Below are positions 18,579-27,779 of a stretch of DNA of 64,000 bases, in pieces. The position numbers and the translations under genes were made by a program. Source of the DNA: Candidatus Mycalebacterium zealandia (lineage in GTDB: Bacteria > Desulfobacterota_D > UBA1144 > Nemesobacterales > Mycalebacteriaceae); the NCBI GenBank assembly GCA_014075295.1, contig CP046180.1, positions 554,040-618,039 of the forward strand, read 5' to 3'. A model generated the notes under the pieces. The model was not told the origin of the DNA. It saw only the letters and a list, made by a program, of their open reading frames with translations, and did not search any database. Numbering within the stretch: position 1 is the stretch's first letter; every line of letters starts with the position of its first letter.

Positions 18579-19504
18579 CCGCGGAGTGCGAAAACGGGAG
18601 GATTGTCGCGGTTGTTGGTCCGACTGCGTCAGGAAAAACCGATTTCGGATTTCGCCTTGCCTCTGAACTGTCCGGAGCCGTGGTTGGCGCGGACTCGCTT
18701 CAAGTTTATAAACATTTTAACATAGGAAGCGCGAAGCCGTCCGCGGACGCGATGAGCGCGTTTCCGCATTTTATGATAGATGTTGTCGAGCCGGACGATG
18801 AGTTTAACGCGGGCGCTTACCGGACTCTGGCTCATCCCATACTTAAAAAACTTTGCGCGGAAAAAACGCCGCCGATTGTAGTCGGCGGAACTTTTCTTTA
18901 TGTTCGAGCTCTGCTTGAAGGGTTGATAGAAAGCCCTGCCGACCCGGAAATAAGAAAGCAGCTTGAAGATGAGGAAAAAATCTACGGGACCGACTGGCTT
19001 TATGAAAAATTGCGTGACTCAGATGCCGTTTCTGCCGTAGCGATTCATCAGCGCGATTCCGTGCGCATACGACGCGCGCTTGAGATTTTTTATTCCACGG
19101 GCACACCCGCTTCGCAGGTCCGGCGCTCTCACGGGTTTTCGGACGGCGGTTTTGACTGTCTTAAAATCGGTCTCACGACTGACAGAGACGCGCTTGTCGG
19201 GGAAATAAACCGCAGAACACAGGAGATGTTTGACGGGGGGATTATTGAAGAGACCGAGCAGATTCGCGGCATGGGATATTCAAGAGATTTAAAGCCGATG
19301 AAAGCGATAGGGTATCGTCAGGCTAATATGCTTATTGACGGCGAGATAACGAAAACTCAATCTGTTGAAGACACCGCCACGGACACGCGCCGTTTTGCCA
19401 AAAGGCAGATGACCTGGCTTAGAAAAGAAAAAGACATCCGATGGTTTGTGCCTGAAAAACTCAGCGAAGCGGTTGAGGAGTGCCGGAAGTTTTTATCCGC
19501 GTGA
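18497..19504 (+). CDS. miaA: tRNA dimethylallyltransferase
   Basis: P-loop VVGPTASGKT and DSLQVY. The ORF-track start (18497) overlaps the pnp 3' end by 82 nt. The true start may be further downstream, near 18575-18602. Confidence 0.75.
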   Translation: MYFKRERRQDTAQPQGSAGRKYRGLQITAECENGRIVAVVGPTASGKTDFGFRLASELSGAVVGADSLQVYKHFNIGSAKPSADAMSAFPHFMIDVVEPDDEFNAGAYRTLAHPILKKLCAEKTPPIVVGGTFLYVRALLEGLIESPADPEIRKQLEDEEKIYGTDWLYEKLRDSDAVSAVAIHQRDSVRIRRALEIFYSTGTPASQVRRSHGFSDGGFDCLKIGLTTDRDALVGEINRRTQEMFDGGIIEETEQIRGMGYSRDLKPMKAIGYRQANMLIDGEITKTQSVEDTATDTRRFAKRQMTWLRKEKDIRWFVPEKLSEAVEECRKFLSA

Positions 19505-19870
19505 TCTGCGGGCATTCTTTCTGATATACAGAACAGCTACCATACCTCCCGCGATTGCGGCAATAACAGGCAGGAACCAGGCAACAAGGCTAAACCCCTT
19601 CAGCGGCGGTTCGGCAAGGATTGTGTCTCCGTATTTACCTTGAAACCACAGGATAATTTCCTCATCGGTTTCTCCGTTTTCAATCTTTTTTCTTATTATT
19701 TTCCGCATGTCGCGGGCGAGGTCTGAGTTTGATTCCGCAACGCTTTGCCCGGCGCAAACGGGGCACATCAACTGCCGCGCGATTGTGTCTGTGCGGTCTA
19801 AGACCGTCTCTGTGGAAGCGGTTGGGGCGAAAAGGAATAGTATGGCGAACAGTAAAGTTGAAACTCTCAT
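19493..19870 (-). CDS. ccmH: cytochrome c-type biogenesis protein CcmH/CycL
   Basis: Signal peptide then LMCPVCAGQSVAESNSDLARDMR (CcmH LRCxxCQ-type motif) and a C-terminal TM. Start chosen at Met36 of the 160-aa ORF. Confidence 0.7.
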   Translation of the reverse strand: MRVSTLLFAILFLFAPTASTETVLDRTDTIARQLMCPVCAGQSVAESNSDLARDMRKIIRKKIENGETDEEIILWFQGKYGDTILAEPPLKGFSLVAWFLPVIAAIAGGMVAVLYIRKNARRSRG

Positions 19871-19920
19871 TGGCCCGGATGTTATAATAGCACAGTTACG
19901 CGAAGCCTTCTTGTCCTTCA

Positions 19921-21243
19921 ATGAATATACAACCCCCGCAGGATGAAAGAAAAAGTCTGAGGAAAGACGCCGCAACGCTTTTCGCCGGAGGCATGGGTGC
20001 GTCTATTTTTACGACTCTTGAAGTTGTTTTTCTCGCCCGTTTTCTGGATCTAGAACAGTTCGGCGTGTTCACGCTTGTTTTGTCATATGTAACCCTTGTT
20101 AACGCCTTTGTTGATTTCAGAATAAGAGAGGCCTCGGTTAAATACATCTCTGAATATTGTGAAAAGAACGACAAGACATCCGCGCTTTCATTTATCAAAT
20201 TTTTCTATTTAATCGATTTTCTCGGCGGGATTCTCGCGTTTGTTGTCTGTGTTGCCCTTGCCGAAGTTGCAAACGAATTTTTTATTAAATCTGAAAACAC
20301 TTTTCAGTATGTTCTTATCCTCTCTTTGAGCCTTTTTGTCTTGACTGTTAATCAGAATTCCAACGCGATACTTCAGGCGTTGAAAAAGTTTAGAGAGTCG
20401 GCTTTTCTGAAAGTTGTGGATGCTTTTGTCAAACTTGCTTTAATTGTGCTGTTTTTTGTTCTGGGATTTGGATTAAAGGGCTTTTTTATCGCTTACGTTA
20501 TTGCGGCTGTTGTGAATTTTGCCATACTTCAATTCTATGTGAACAGGACTCTGAAACTTGAAGGAATGAGCGGATGGTTATTTGCGGACCTCTCGAAAAT
20601 CAAAGGAAAAATGCGCGAAGTGATTTGGTTTGTTCTGAATATAAACGCGACGGGTTTCGTTTCCTTTTCCTTCTCCACACATATTCCTATTCTTCTGCTT
20701 GGTCATTTTTCAGGTGTTGAGGCGTCGGGGCTTTACAGAGTCGCAAAAAGCGTGGTATCTGCGGCAAATAAGATAACGGGTCCCGTTTATTCCGTTCTCT
20801 ATCCGGCTCTTGTGCGTCTTGAGACAAGAAAATCCTACGATGAATTCAGGCAGCTTATTGTCTATTCAGTAAAGGAAATAATGAAGTTTTTGTTGCCTGT
20901 TTGTGTTTTTCTGTTTGTTTTTGCGTATGAATTTATAGAAATTGTTTTCGGCAGTGAATTTACTCCCGCGACTGACGCAATGAGAGTTTTGACAGGCGCA
21001 ATGGTTGTAGGACACCTGTGCAAATGGTCGAATTTTGCTTTGTTGGCTTTCGGAATGCCCGGAACCAAAACGGTTTTTTCAATTCTGTTTGCGTGTGTAG
21101 GATTGGCGTCTATGTTTATTCTTATTCCTGATTATTCATATCTTGGAGCGGCGTGGGCGTTTTTCATACCTGAGTTTCTGTCTGTTTTTGTTGGTGTTTT
21201 TGTTCTTATGCGTGTTCGCGCGATGAGTGTAAAAGGAGTATAG
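19921..21243 (+). CDS. polysaccharide biosynthesis protein / Wzx-like oligosaccharide flippase (MOP superfamily)
   Basis: 440-aa polytopic membrane protein with the typical flippase N-terminus. Glycosyltransferase neighbours. Confidence 0.55.
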   Translation: MNIQPPQDERKSLRKDAATLFAGGMGASIFTTLEVVFLARFLDLEQFGVFTLVLSYVTLVNAFVDFRIREASVKYISEYCEKNDKTSALSFIKFFYLIDFLGGILAFVVCVALAEVANEFFIKSENTFQYVLILSLSLFVLTVNQNSNAILQALKKFRESAFLKVVDAFVKLALIVLFFVLGFGLKGFFIAYVIAAVVNFAILQFYVNRTLKLEGMSGWLFADLSKIKGKMREVIWFVLNINATGFVSFSFSTHIPILLLGHFSGVEASGLYRVAKSVVSAANKITGPVYSVLYPALVRLETRKSYDEFRQLIVYSVKEIMKFLLPVCVFLFVFAYEFIEIVFGSEFTPATDAMRVLTGAMVVGHLCKWSNFALLAFGMPGTKTVFSILFACVGLASMFILIPDYSYLGAAWAFFIPEFLSVFVGVFVLMRVRAMSVKGV

Positions 21244-21244
21244 A

Positions 21245-22162
21245 TTGATGAAAAGTCATAACTTTCCTCTGCCTCTGGTTAGTATTCTTGTTCTTTCCTA
21301 TAACAGAAAAAGTTGGTTGCGGGAAAGTTTGGATTCAATCTTAGCTCAGGATTATCCGAATATTGAGATAATTGTTTGTGATGATGCTTCCACGGATGGA
21401 AGTCAGGATGTTTTGCGTGAATATAAGGAGAAAAACTCCGACATCAATTTTGTTTTATCTCTTTCATCTCAAAATGAGGGTATAACAGCAAATCTGAACA
21501 AAGGTCTTTCTTTTTATCAGGGCAAATATGTTGTCACCTTTTCAGATGACGACATTATGCTTCCGGAAAAAATTACCCGGCAAGTGGCTTTTATGGAAGA
21601 CAATCCCGATTGCGCCGTTTGTTACCACAATATGGAAGTTTTTGACGAGGATACCAATAAAACCTTGCGTCTTTTCAACCATAAAGGAAACAGTTACGAG
21701 GGTGGTGTTGAAGTCTCACTTAAATATGGAATGTTTTCCGGGGCACCCTCATGTATGTACAGAGCAGACAAAATTCCCGATGGGGGGTGTAACCCTCTCC
21801 TTTCCAATACGTCTGATTGGTTCTTTATAATAGAAATTCTGGCGGGTGGGGGGACTATAAATTACATTGACGAAGTTCTTCTGAGATACAGACGGCACGC
21901 CAATGCCGACTCCATGAAATCTGATAGGATGGACCCCGGTGTTTTAGATACTCTGAATACATGCAACATTGTAATATTCAAATATACTCATCTTTTTAAC
22001 GAGGCAATGTATGCGTATGCAAGACGACTTGAAAAGCTCAGCAGGAAAAAAGGAATTAATTACAGATCTGCGCTGATTTCCAGTTTGAGGTTGAGTTTTA
22101 GAATGAGCGCTTTTCTCCGTTTGCTTGCCTACATTTTTTCGTTTGGCAAACTCAAATTTTAA
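21245..22162 (+). CDS. glycosyltransferase family 2
   Basis: VSILVLSYNRKSWLRESLDSILAQDYPNIEIIVCDDASTDGS (GT2 DXD region). Confidence 0.75.
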   Translation: MMKSHNFPLPLVSILVLSYNRKSWLRESLDSILAQDYPNIEIIVCDDASTDGSQDVLREYKEKNSDINFVLSLSSQNEGITANLNKGLSFYQGKYVVTFSDDDIMLPEKITRQVAFMEDNPDCAVCYHNMEVFDEDTNKTLRLFNHKGNSYEGGVEVSLKYGMFSGAPSCMYRADKIPDGGCNPLLSNTSDWFFIIEILAGGGTINYIDEVLLRYRRHANADSMKSDRMDPGVLDTLNTCNIVIFKYTHLFNEAMYAYARRLEKLSRKKGINYRSALISSLRLSFRMSAFLRLLAYIFSFGKLKF

Positions 22163-22171
22163 AAGGTTTTT

Positions 22172-23293
22172 TCATCGCGCGACCCTTTCAAAAATCGTCT
22201 TAAATCTTTCCGCCATTTTTTCAATGTTGAAATTCGCGGCGTGTTTTCTCGCGGCTTCGCCCATAAGTTTCGCAAGCGGTCTGTTCTCAATCAGTTTTAC
22301 AATCGCCTCCGCCATTTTTTGCGTGTTATTTACGGGCACAAGAATTCCGCTTTCCCCATCTTCAATAATTTCGTCCGCGCCAAAAGGGTGATTGGTTGAA
22401 ACAATCGGCATTCCGAGCGCGGCGGCTTCCAGCAGAGAGTTTGAGAGCCCCTCCCGTTCGGACGGACAGACGAATAAATCACACTTTGCCGTGAATCTGT
22501 GCGGATTTTCCTCTTGCGACAGAAAGTCTGTTTTGTCCGCCATTCCGATTTTTTCGGCATGGCTTATCAATTTCTCTTTAAGTTCTCCGTCTCCCGCAAT
22601 CAAAAGGCGAACCGGCGTTTTTTCATTCGCTATTTTTACCGCGTCAAGCAGAGTCCGTAACCCTTTCCGCCGCACAAGACGGCAGACCGATATTACGAGC
22701 GGCGTTTGCTCTCCGAGCCATTTGTGATTTACCTGTTCTCCTGATTTGCGCTCTATTGCTCCGGTGTCCATTAAGTTGTAAACAACTTCGGGCGCGCGCC
22801 TCAGTTTATAGACATCACGATTTTCATCGGCAACTCCTTTTGAATTCGCAGTTACCAAATCCGCGTAACTTATGGCAAAGCGGTGAGCGAAAAATAAAAG
22901 CGGTTTTTTATCTTTGAGAAAATTTGCGCCGCTCCCGTCGCTCCAGACGGTTTTTATTCCAAATATTTTTCCGATTATAATATTTGGAATTTTTGTCCAG
23001 TGCCGTGAATAGAGAACGTCCGGTTTTTCCTTTCGGACCGCACGGGCAAGCGCGAACAGCCCCCAGACAAAAGACAAAAAACGGGACCGTTTAACAAACG
23101 CCGGATAACAGGGAAACAGAATCGCCACTCTGCCATCCGCTTCCCTCTCAAGTTCGCCGCCGCCAAGAGAGAAAATCACGCATCGCATTTTTCCGCAGAG
23201 AGCGTTCGCCATATTGACGGTTTGCCTCTGCTCCCCGCCAAGTCCCAAGTTTGGCAGAGACATTAAAACCGAAACGGTTCCGTCTTTCCTCAC
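22172..23293 (-). CDS. glycosyltransferase family 4 (GT1-like)
   Basis: C-terminal CPSEREGLSNSLLEAAALGMPIVSTN...EDGESGILV, an E-X7-E type motif. Confidence 0.75.
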   Translation of the reverse strand: MRKDGTVSVLMSLPNLGLGGEQRQTVNMANALCGKMRCVIFSLGGGELEREADGRVAILFPCYPAFVKRSRFLSFVWGLFALARAVRKEKPDVLYSRHWTKIPNIIIGKIFGIKTVWSDGSGANFLKDKKPLLFFAHRFAISYADLVTANSKGVADENRDVYKLRRAPEVVYNLMDTGAIERKSGEQVNHKWLGEQTPLVISVCRLVRRKGLRTLLDAVKIANEKTPVRLLIAGDGELKEKLISHAEKIGMADKTDFLSQEENPHRFTAKCDLFVCPSEREGLSNSLLEAAALGMPIVSTNHPFGADEIIEDGESGILVPVNNTQKMAEAIVKLIENRPLAKLMGEAARKHAANFNIEKMAERFKTIFERVAR

Positions 23294-24498
23294 TCGTGCC
23301 TCAAAGCCTCAACCGGATTCATTTTTGCCGCCTTGTGCGCCGGATACAGACCGAAGAAAACTCCGACCAGTGCGGAAAAAAAGCAGGCAATTATAATGGC
23401 TGAAAATGATATTTCGGCGGGCCAACCGGTGAACAGAGACGCGGTTTTGGAAATTGCGACTCCAATCACTATACCCACCGCTCCTCCGGCGAGTGACAGG
23501 ACAAGCGCTTCAACCAGAAACTGCTTTTGTATGTCTATCTGCCTCGCGCCAACAGCCATCCTTATTCCGATTTCCCTTGTTCTTTCCGTTACAGAAACAA
23601 GCATTATATTCATAATTCCCACTCCGCCGACCATCAGCGATATTGACGCTATACTTACAAGCAGAATTTTCAAAATCCGTGTTACATCCGCTATGCGTTC
23701 AAGGTTCTGTGCGTTGTTTCTGATGGAATAATCGTCTTCTTCACCCACTCCGATTTTGTGATTTTTTCTCAAAACCCCGTTTATTTCGCTCAAAGCCGTG
23801 CCTATTCTTTCCGGGCTTATGACTGCGAGCGAGATTTTTGAAATGTTTCTTACCGAAAGGATTCTTTTCTGCACTGTTGAGTAGGGCATTAGAATTATGT
23901 CGTCCTGGTCCGCGCCGCTCGGTTTTGTTCCAAGTTTCTGCATTGTGCCGACAACCTCGCATGAGATGTTTTCCACTCTGATTTTTTTGCCGATGGCCGA
24001 TGTCGAGGTGAACAGTTTTTCCTCAATCGTTGTGCCTATCACGCACACCGGACGCGAGTTCTCAACATCGTCCGCGCTGAAAAAAGTGCCCGTCTGCGGA
24101 AACCAGTCGTTAATAAAAGTAAAATCGCGCGACACACCGAGAATGCGTGTAACCCACTGGTTTTTGCCGTGCACAACTGTTTTGTGGGTGCCAATTATTT
24201 CCGAAACAAACTCAACATCCGGCAATTGCCGTATCGCGTTCGCATCTTTGACGGTCAGCGGCTTGCCAGAAGTAAATTTGAGCAGGTTTCCGCTCGGGCG
24301 CACGGGCGTGATAAGCATTGACTTCCCGCCCAGACGCTCAAACTGCTCATTTATCATTTTGCTCGCCCCTTGTGTTGTTGAGACAAGCGCAACCACGGCC
24401 GCCACGCCGATTATCACTCCGAGCGAGGTAAGCATTGCACGCGCCTTGTTAGACATAATCGCCCTGTAAGCGATTGTTAAAGACCTGAATGGCTGCAT
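23290..24498 (-). CDS. ABC transporter permease, MacB/FtsX-like
   Basis: N-terminal TM helix, a large periplasmic MacB-like domain, and a C-terminal FtsX 4-TM bundle. No cognate ATPase in the window. Confidence 0.7.
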   Translation of the reverse strand: MQPFRSLTIAYRAIMSNKARAMLTSLGVIIGVAAVVALVSTTQGASKMINEQFERLGGKSMLITPVRPSGNLLKFTSGKPLTVKDANAIRQLPDVEFVSEIIGTHKTVVHGKNQWVTRILGVSRDFTFINDWFPQTGTFFSADDVENSRPVCVIGTTIEEKLFTSTSAIGKKIRVENISCEVVGTMQKLGTKPSGADQDDIILMPYSTVQKRILSVRNISKISLAVISPERIGTALSEINGVLRKNHKIGVGEEDDYSIRNNAQNLERIADVTRILKILLVSIASISLMVGGVGIMNIMLVSVTERTREIGIRMAVGARQIDIQKQFLVEALVLSLAGGAVGIVIGVAISKTASLFTGWPAEISFSAIIIACFFSALVGVFFGLYPAHKAAKMNPVEALRHE

Positions 24499-24558
24499 TT
24501 AGACTTGATTATAAAGGGAGAAGCTTGAAGTTTGAAGTTTGAGGGAAAAGGGATTGGT

Positions 24559-26142
24559 TTAGTCCAAACTCCGGTAGCGTCCTTTTTGAATGATGAAGAC
24601 CGTGAGGCAGGGCACCGCCACGCCAATTACCGTGGCGGTTATCAGAAGTATTCCCAGTTCCGAATAGTCCGCGGATGTGATGATTTTCTGCGCTTCGTCT
24701 CTTACCTCGCGCGTTATGATAAAAATTTCATTCAAATACTTTGAGCCGAGGCTCGCCGCTGAAAGCGAGAGATTTGAAAAAGACGCGAACACGGCGAAAA
24801 AAGTCGCTTTGAGATGGTCGGGCGCGTTTTTCGCTATCCACGCGAGAAGCGGAATCATTGCCACCTGTCCCAGAGGGGATTCAAGTGCCGTGTTCACAAT
24901 CGCTATGAATTTTGCATCCACAACGCCGTCCGTCAGCGCCGCCGTCCATTCGTGAAGCCCGTAGAAAAGCCCAATGTCGGGAAGTGACAGAACGCCCCAC
25001 ACCAGGGACAGAAAAACAATAAGCCATGGTATTTTAACCCTGCTCATAAGAGGCAGAAAAACAAATATGCCCGCGAGCGTGAGAGTGGAGCCTATGAGCG
25101 ACAGATATGAGAAAAACTGCTCGTCAAAGCCAATTTCGTCTATCAGAAACCAGCCGTTTCCCGGACCTATGGTCGGCACGGCGCGGAAGAAAAAAATGAT
25201 TATCGCCGTTCCTATAAGAGTGGCGTGTTTATCTTCGGGCAGTTCGGTAAGCAGTTTTCGCATAAGGAAAATCACTATCGCCATGGAGCCCGTGAACACT
25301 ATTTCCTCCGAATAGGGAACTTTTGAGAGCCCCGTTCCGATGCTGAAAATGACAAAGGCGAGGCTCCCCCAGAGAATCCACCAGTTTGGTGCGGTTGGAG
25401 TCTGAAGCTTCGGCACGCCGGGTATATGTCCGGTTTTTTTCAGGATTTCAGCGAGAACAACGCCCATGATGGACACAAGCGGAATGGCGAGAGCCATAAG
25501 GTATATTTCACTGTAAACATGCGCTTTTTCCGGTCGGGAAAGTTCCGATGTGTCATTAAAGGCGACTATGTTGATAATTGAAACCACAACCGTGCCGCCG
25601 ATAACGGCAAATCTGCCGAGTGTTTGCATTGTTGTGTGCGCGGATTTGAGTTCCTCTTCGCTGATTTTTTCACCCCGGGAATCCACGGTGGGAACGGCTT
25701 CAACCGTCATCGCGTCCGCAACAACGTCCTGAAGCACATAACCGACGGGGCTGATAATCACGCTTGCTACGAACCAGTTGGAGATGGGCCAGATTTGCCG
25801 CATATATTCAGTGTGGGCTATCAGCCCGTAAACAATAAGCAGCCCCACCGCGATAAGTGCCGCGCCTATAAACACAAGGACGGATTTCCAGCGCCAGATC
25901 AGGTCAACAAGATGCCCAACTGGCATTTTGAGCGCCCACGGGAGCCCCGCCCAGAAGCCGAGACCGGCGAGAAAAGCGGCGGACAAGTCCAGATAGTCTT
26001 TGACAAAAAAAGTGGCGACAATTCCCGTAAGCCCCGAAATTCCCGCCGCCAAATACACCATAAGCGGCGGTATGTAGCTCAGTCGAAGCTGTTTGAAAAT
26101 CCCAACAAAATCTTCGGCGAAAAACTTCCTCAGCGTGTTCAT
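24559..26142 (-). CDS. large polytopic membrane protein, possibly a BT1 (folate-biopterin)-like MFS transporter
   Basis: 527 aa, at least 12 predicted TM segments. N-terminal FFVKDYLDLSAAFLAGLGFWAGLPWALKMPVGHLVDLIWRWKS resembles the BT1 family signature. Confidence 0.35.
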   Translation of the reverse strand: MNTLRKFFAEDFVGIFKQLRLSYIPPLMVYLAAGISGLTGIVATFFVKDYLDLSAAFLAGLGFWAGLPWALKMPVGHLVDLIWRWKSVLVFIGAALIAVGLLIVYGLIAHTEYMRQIWPISNWFVASVIISPVGYVLQDVVADAMTVEAVPTVDSRGEKISEEELKSAHTTMQTLGRFAVIGGTVVVSIINIVAFNDTSELSRPEKAHVYSEIYLMALAIPLVSIMGVVLAEILKKTGHIPGVPKLQTPTAPNWWILWGSLAFVIFSIGTGLSKVPYSEEIVFTGSMAIVIFLMRKLLTELPEDKHATLIGTAIIIFFFRAVPTIGPGNGWFLIDEIGFDEQFFSYLSLIGSTLTLAGIFVFLPLMSRVKIPWLIVFLSLVWGVLSLPDIGLFYGLHEWTAALTDGVVDAKFIAIVNTALESPLGQVAMIPLLAWIAKNAPDHLKATFFAVFASFSNLSLSAASLGSKYLNEIFIITREVRDEAQKIITSADYSELGILLITATVIGVAVPCLTVFIIQKGRYRSLD

Positions 26143-26250
26143 TGGTTGCCGTTTTGGACGGAATGGATAGTGAATGTTATGAGGTTGAGTGGGGGTTGTA
26201 AAGTGAAGGACACAAGCCGGACTTCTTACTCGGAAAAAAAGGCGTGCCGA

Positions 26251-26487
26251 GTTGTGAATTGAGGGCAGGTTTCAGTCAGTTACAATCTGCGCGCGCTATC
26301 TTCAATCTGTCTTTGAGTTGTGAATTAAGGGCAGGTTTCAGTCAGTTACAATACGGACAAATTATTGTAAGACAGGGCAGGGGGTGTTGTGAATTAAGGG
26401 CAGGTTTCAGTCAGTTACAATTTACAGTTCGCACTTCCTACCAAGGCGCGAGTTGTGAATTAAGGGCAGGTTTCAGTCAGTTACAAT
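26251..26487 (+). CRISPR. CRISPR array, 4 repeats / 3 spacers, 36-bp repeat GTTGTGAATTAAGGGCAGGTTTCAGTCAGTTACAAT
   Basis: Repeats at 26251-26286 (variant with G at position 11), 26317-26352, 26386-26421 and 26452-26487. Spacers are 30, 33 and 30 nt. Sits directly 3' of cas2. The ORF-track entry 26244..26489 is a translation artefact of the array. Confidence 0.9.
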
Positions 26488-26537
26488 AGCTCGTCCTCAA
26501 CTGTCCTGCTGGCAAGGGGTTATGGCTTTTCCACAAA

Positions 26538-26867
26538 TCAAAAAAGAGTGATTTGCTGAGGAGCCCTTTCCAGTTTCTTTCGTTTTTTCCCATAAAAAAT
26601 TTGCATTCGTCCAAATTGCTTGTCTGTAATTGTAATAATCCGCACTTCGCCTTCGGGAGGCAAAGATTCTCTTACTCGCCCTGAATGGACATAGGCGTTT
26701 TCTTCGCTTGCGCAGTGTCTGGCATATACGGAGAACTGCATCATGATAAATCCGTCTTGCATAATATGCTTTCTGAACTTCGTATAATCTTTCCGTGCTC
26801 TCTTTGTGTCTGTGGGAAGGTCAAACATAACTATTATCCACACGGTTCTGTATCCTCCGAAAGCCAT
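26538..26867 (-). CDS. cas2: CRISPR-associated endoribonuclease Cas2 (type II)
   Basis: 109 aa with N-terminal IVMFDLPTDTKRARKDYTKFRKHIMQDGFIMMQFSVYARH, typical of type II Cas2. Confidence 0.9.
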   Translation of the reverse strand: MAFGGYRTVWIIVMFDLPTDTKRARKDYTKFRKHIMQDGFIMMQFSVYARHCASEENAYVHSGRVRESLPPEGEVRIITITDKQFGRMQIFYGKKRKKLERAPQQITLF

Positions 26868-26870
26868 TTT

Positions 26871-27779
26871 TTACATTTCAATCCTCATTTGTTTGTTCTC
26901 AATCAGTTCCGGTATTTTCAAAGAGTCAATTCCTTCTGAAAACGCTTTCTTCAGGCTCGCGGCCATGTATTGATTTGCCACCATCATTGGCAATTTCTTT
27001 TCTTCAAGTAAAACATCTTCAGACAGAAGGGAAAGCAATGATAACTTTATCTTTTTATCAATTTCTGTTTTTCCATTTTCGTTCAATTCATAAACTCGTC
27101 TGTCAACAAGAGGTCTCAACGGTTCCATAATGTCATCGGCGAGACACATAGGGTTGTATTGATTGTGATGATGAATTCCGAGCGCAGGATGAAGCCCTGT
27201 TCCGCACAAAGCGCGAGCAACAGACGCCCTGATTAGGCTGTATCCGTAGTTTAGAAGGGAATTCACTCCACTTTCTTTGTAATCTCTGCCGAATTCTTTC
27301 CCGAACAGTATTGACCAGTATATTTTTGCGGCTTGCGCTTCAATATTTTTCGGATCACCACTTTGAACTCTCTTCTTGAGACTTGGAAGTGTTCCCGGAT
27401 CTTTCTTGAAAAAGAGCAACGTTTGAATCTGCGCCTCGGTTTTGGCTATTATAATTTTCTGCCAGAGCCGTTTTTTCAGCGGTTTTTTAACTCCCGTCTG
27501 TATGTTGAGAACCTTGCTGTGCATTGAGTTTCCTGAGAGAGGAAGCAAGGCGGAAACGGGTAGATGCCTTTGGTCGCAAAACACAATTATGCAGTTATTT
27601 TTCTGACATTCCGCTATAAGACTTTGAGAGATTGAGATTGCAGGGTTGGCAAGTATGAGAATACCCATGTCTTCCACGGGAATACTGCTGTCATTTTCAC
27701 TCTCTTTTCTGATAATCATCTGACAGTCTTTCAGATGAAGGTATGCGGGGTTGCTGATTTCAATGATTCTTTTGATCAT
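26871..27779 (-). CDS. cas1: CRISPR-associated integrase Cas1 (type II)
   Basis: 302 aa, type II Cas1-like throughout. Its start overlaps the cas9 stop by 4 nt. Confidence 0.9.
   Translation of the reverse strand: MIKRIIEISNPAYLHLKDCQMIIRKESENDSSIPVEDMGILILANPAISISQSLIAECQKNNCIIVFCDQRHLPVSALLPLSGNSMHSKVLNIQTGVKKPLKKRLWQKIIIAKTEAQIQTLLFFKKDPGTLPSLKKRVQSGDPKNIEAQAAKIYWSILFGKEFGRDYKESGVNSLLNYGYSLIRASVARALCGTGLHPALGIHHHNQYNPMCLADDIMEPLRPLVDRRVYELNENGKTEIDKKIKLSLLSLLSEDVLLEEKKLPMMVANQYMAASLKKAFSEGIDSLKIPELIENKQMRIEM

Noticed and set aside
26199-26234. Possible fifth, eroded repeat upstream of the array (GTTGTAAAGTGAAGGACACAAG...)
   Set aside because: Only about 14/36 identities, concentrated in the first 15 nt. 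The spacing to repeat 1 (15 nt) is wrong for a spacer. Probably chance, or at most a very old remnant.
26244-26489. 81-aa ORF MPSCELRAGFSQLQ... on the plus strand
   Set aside because: It is a translation of the CRISPR repeats. The peptide repeats CELRAGFSQLQ every 22 aa. Not a gene.
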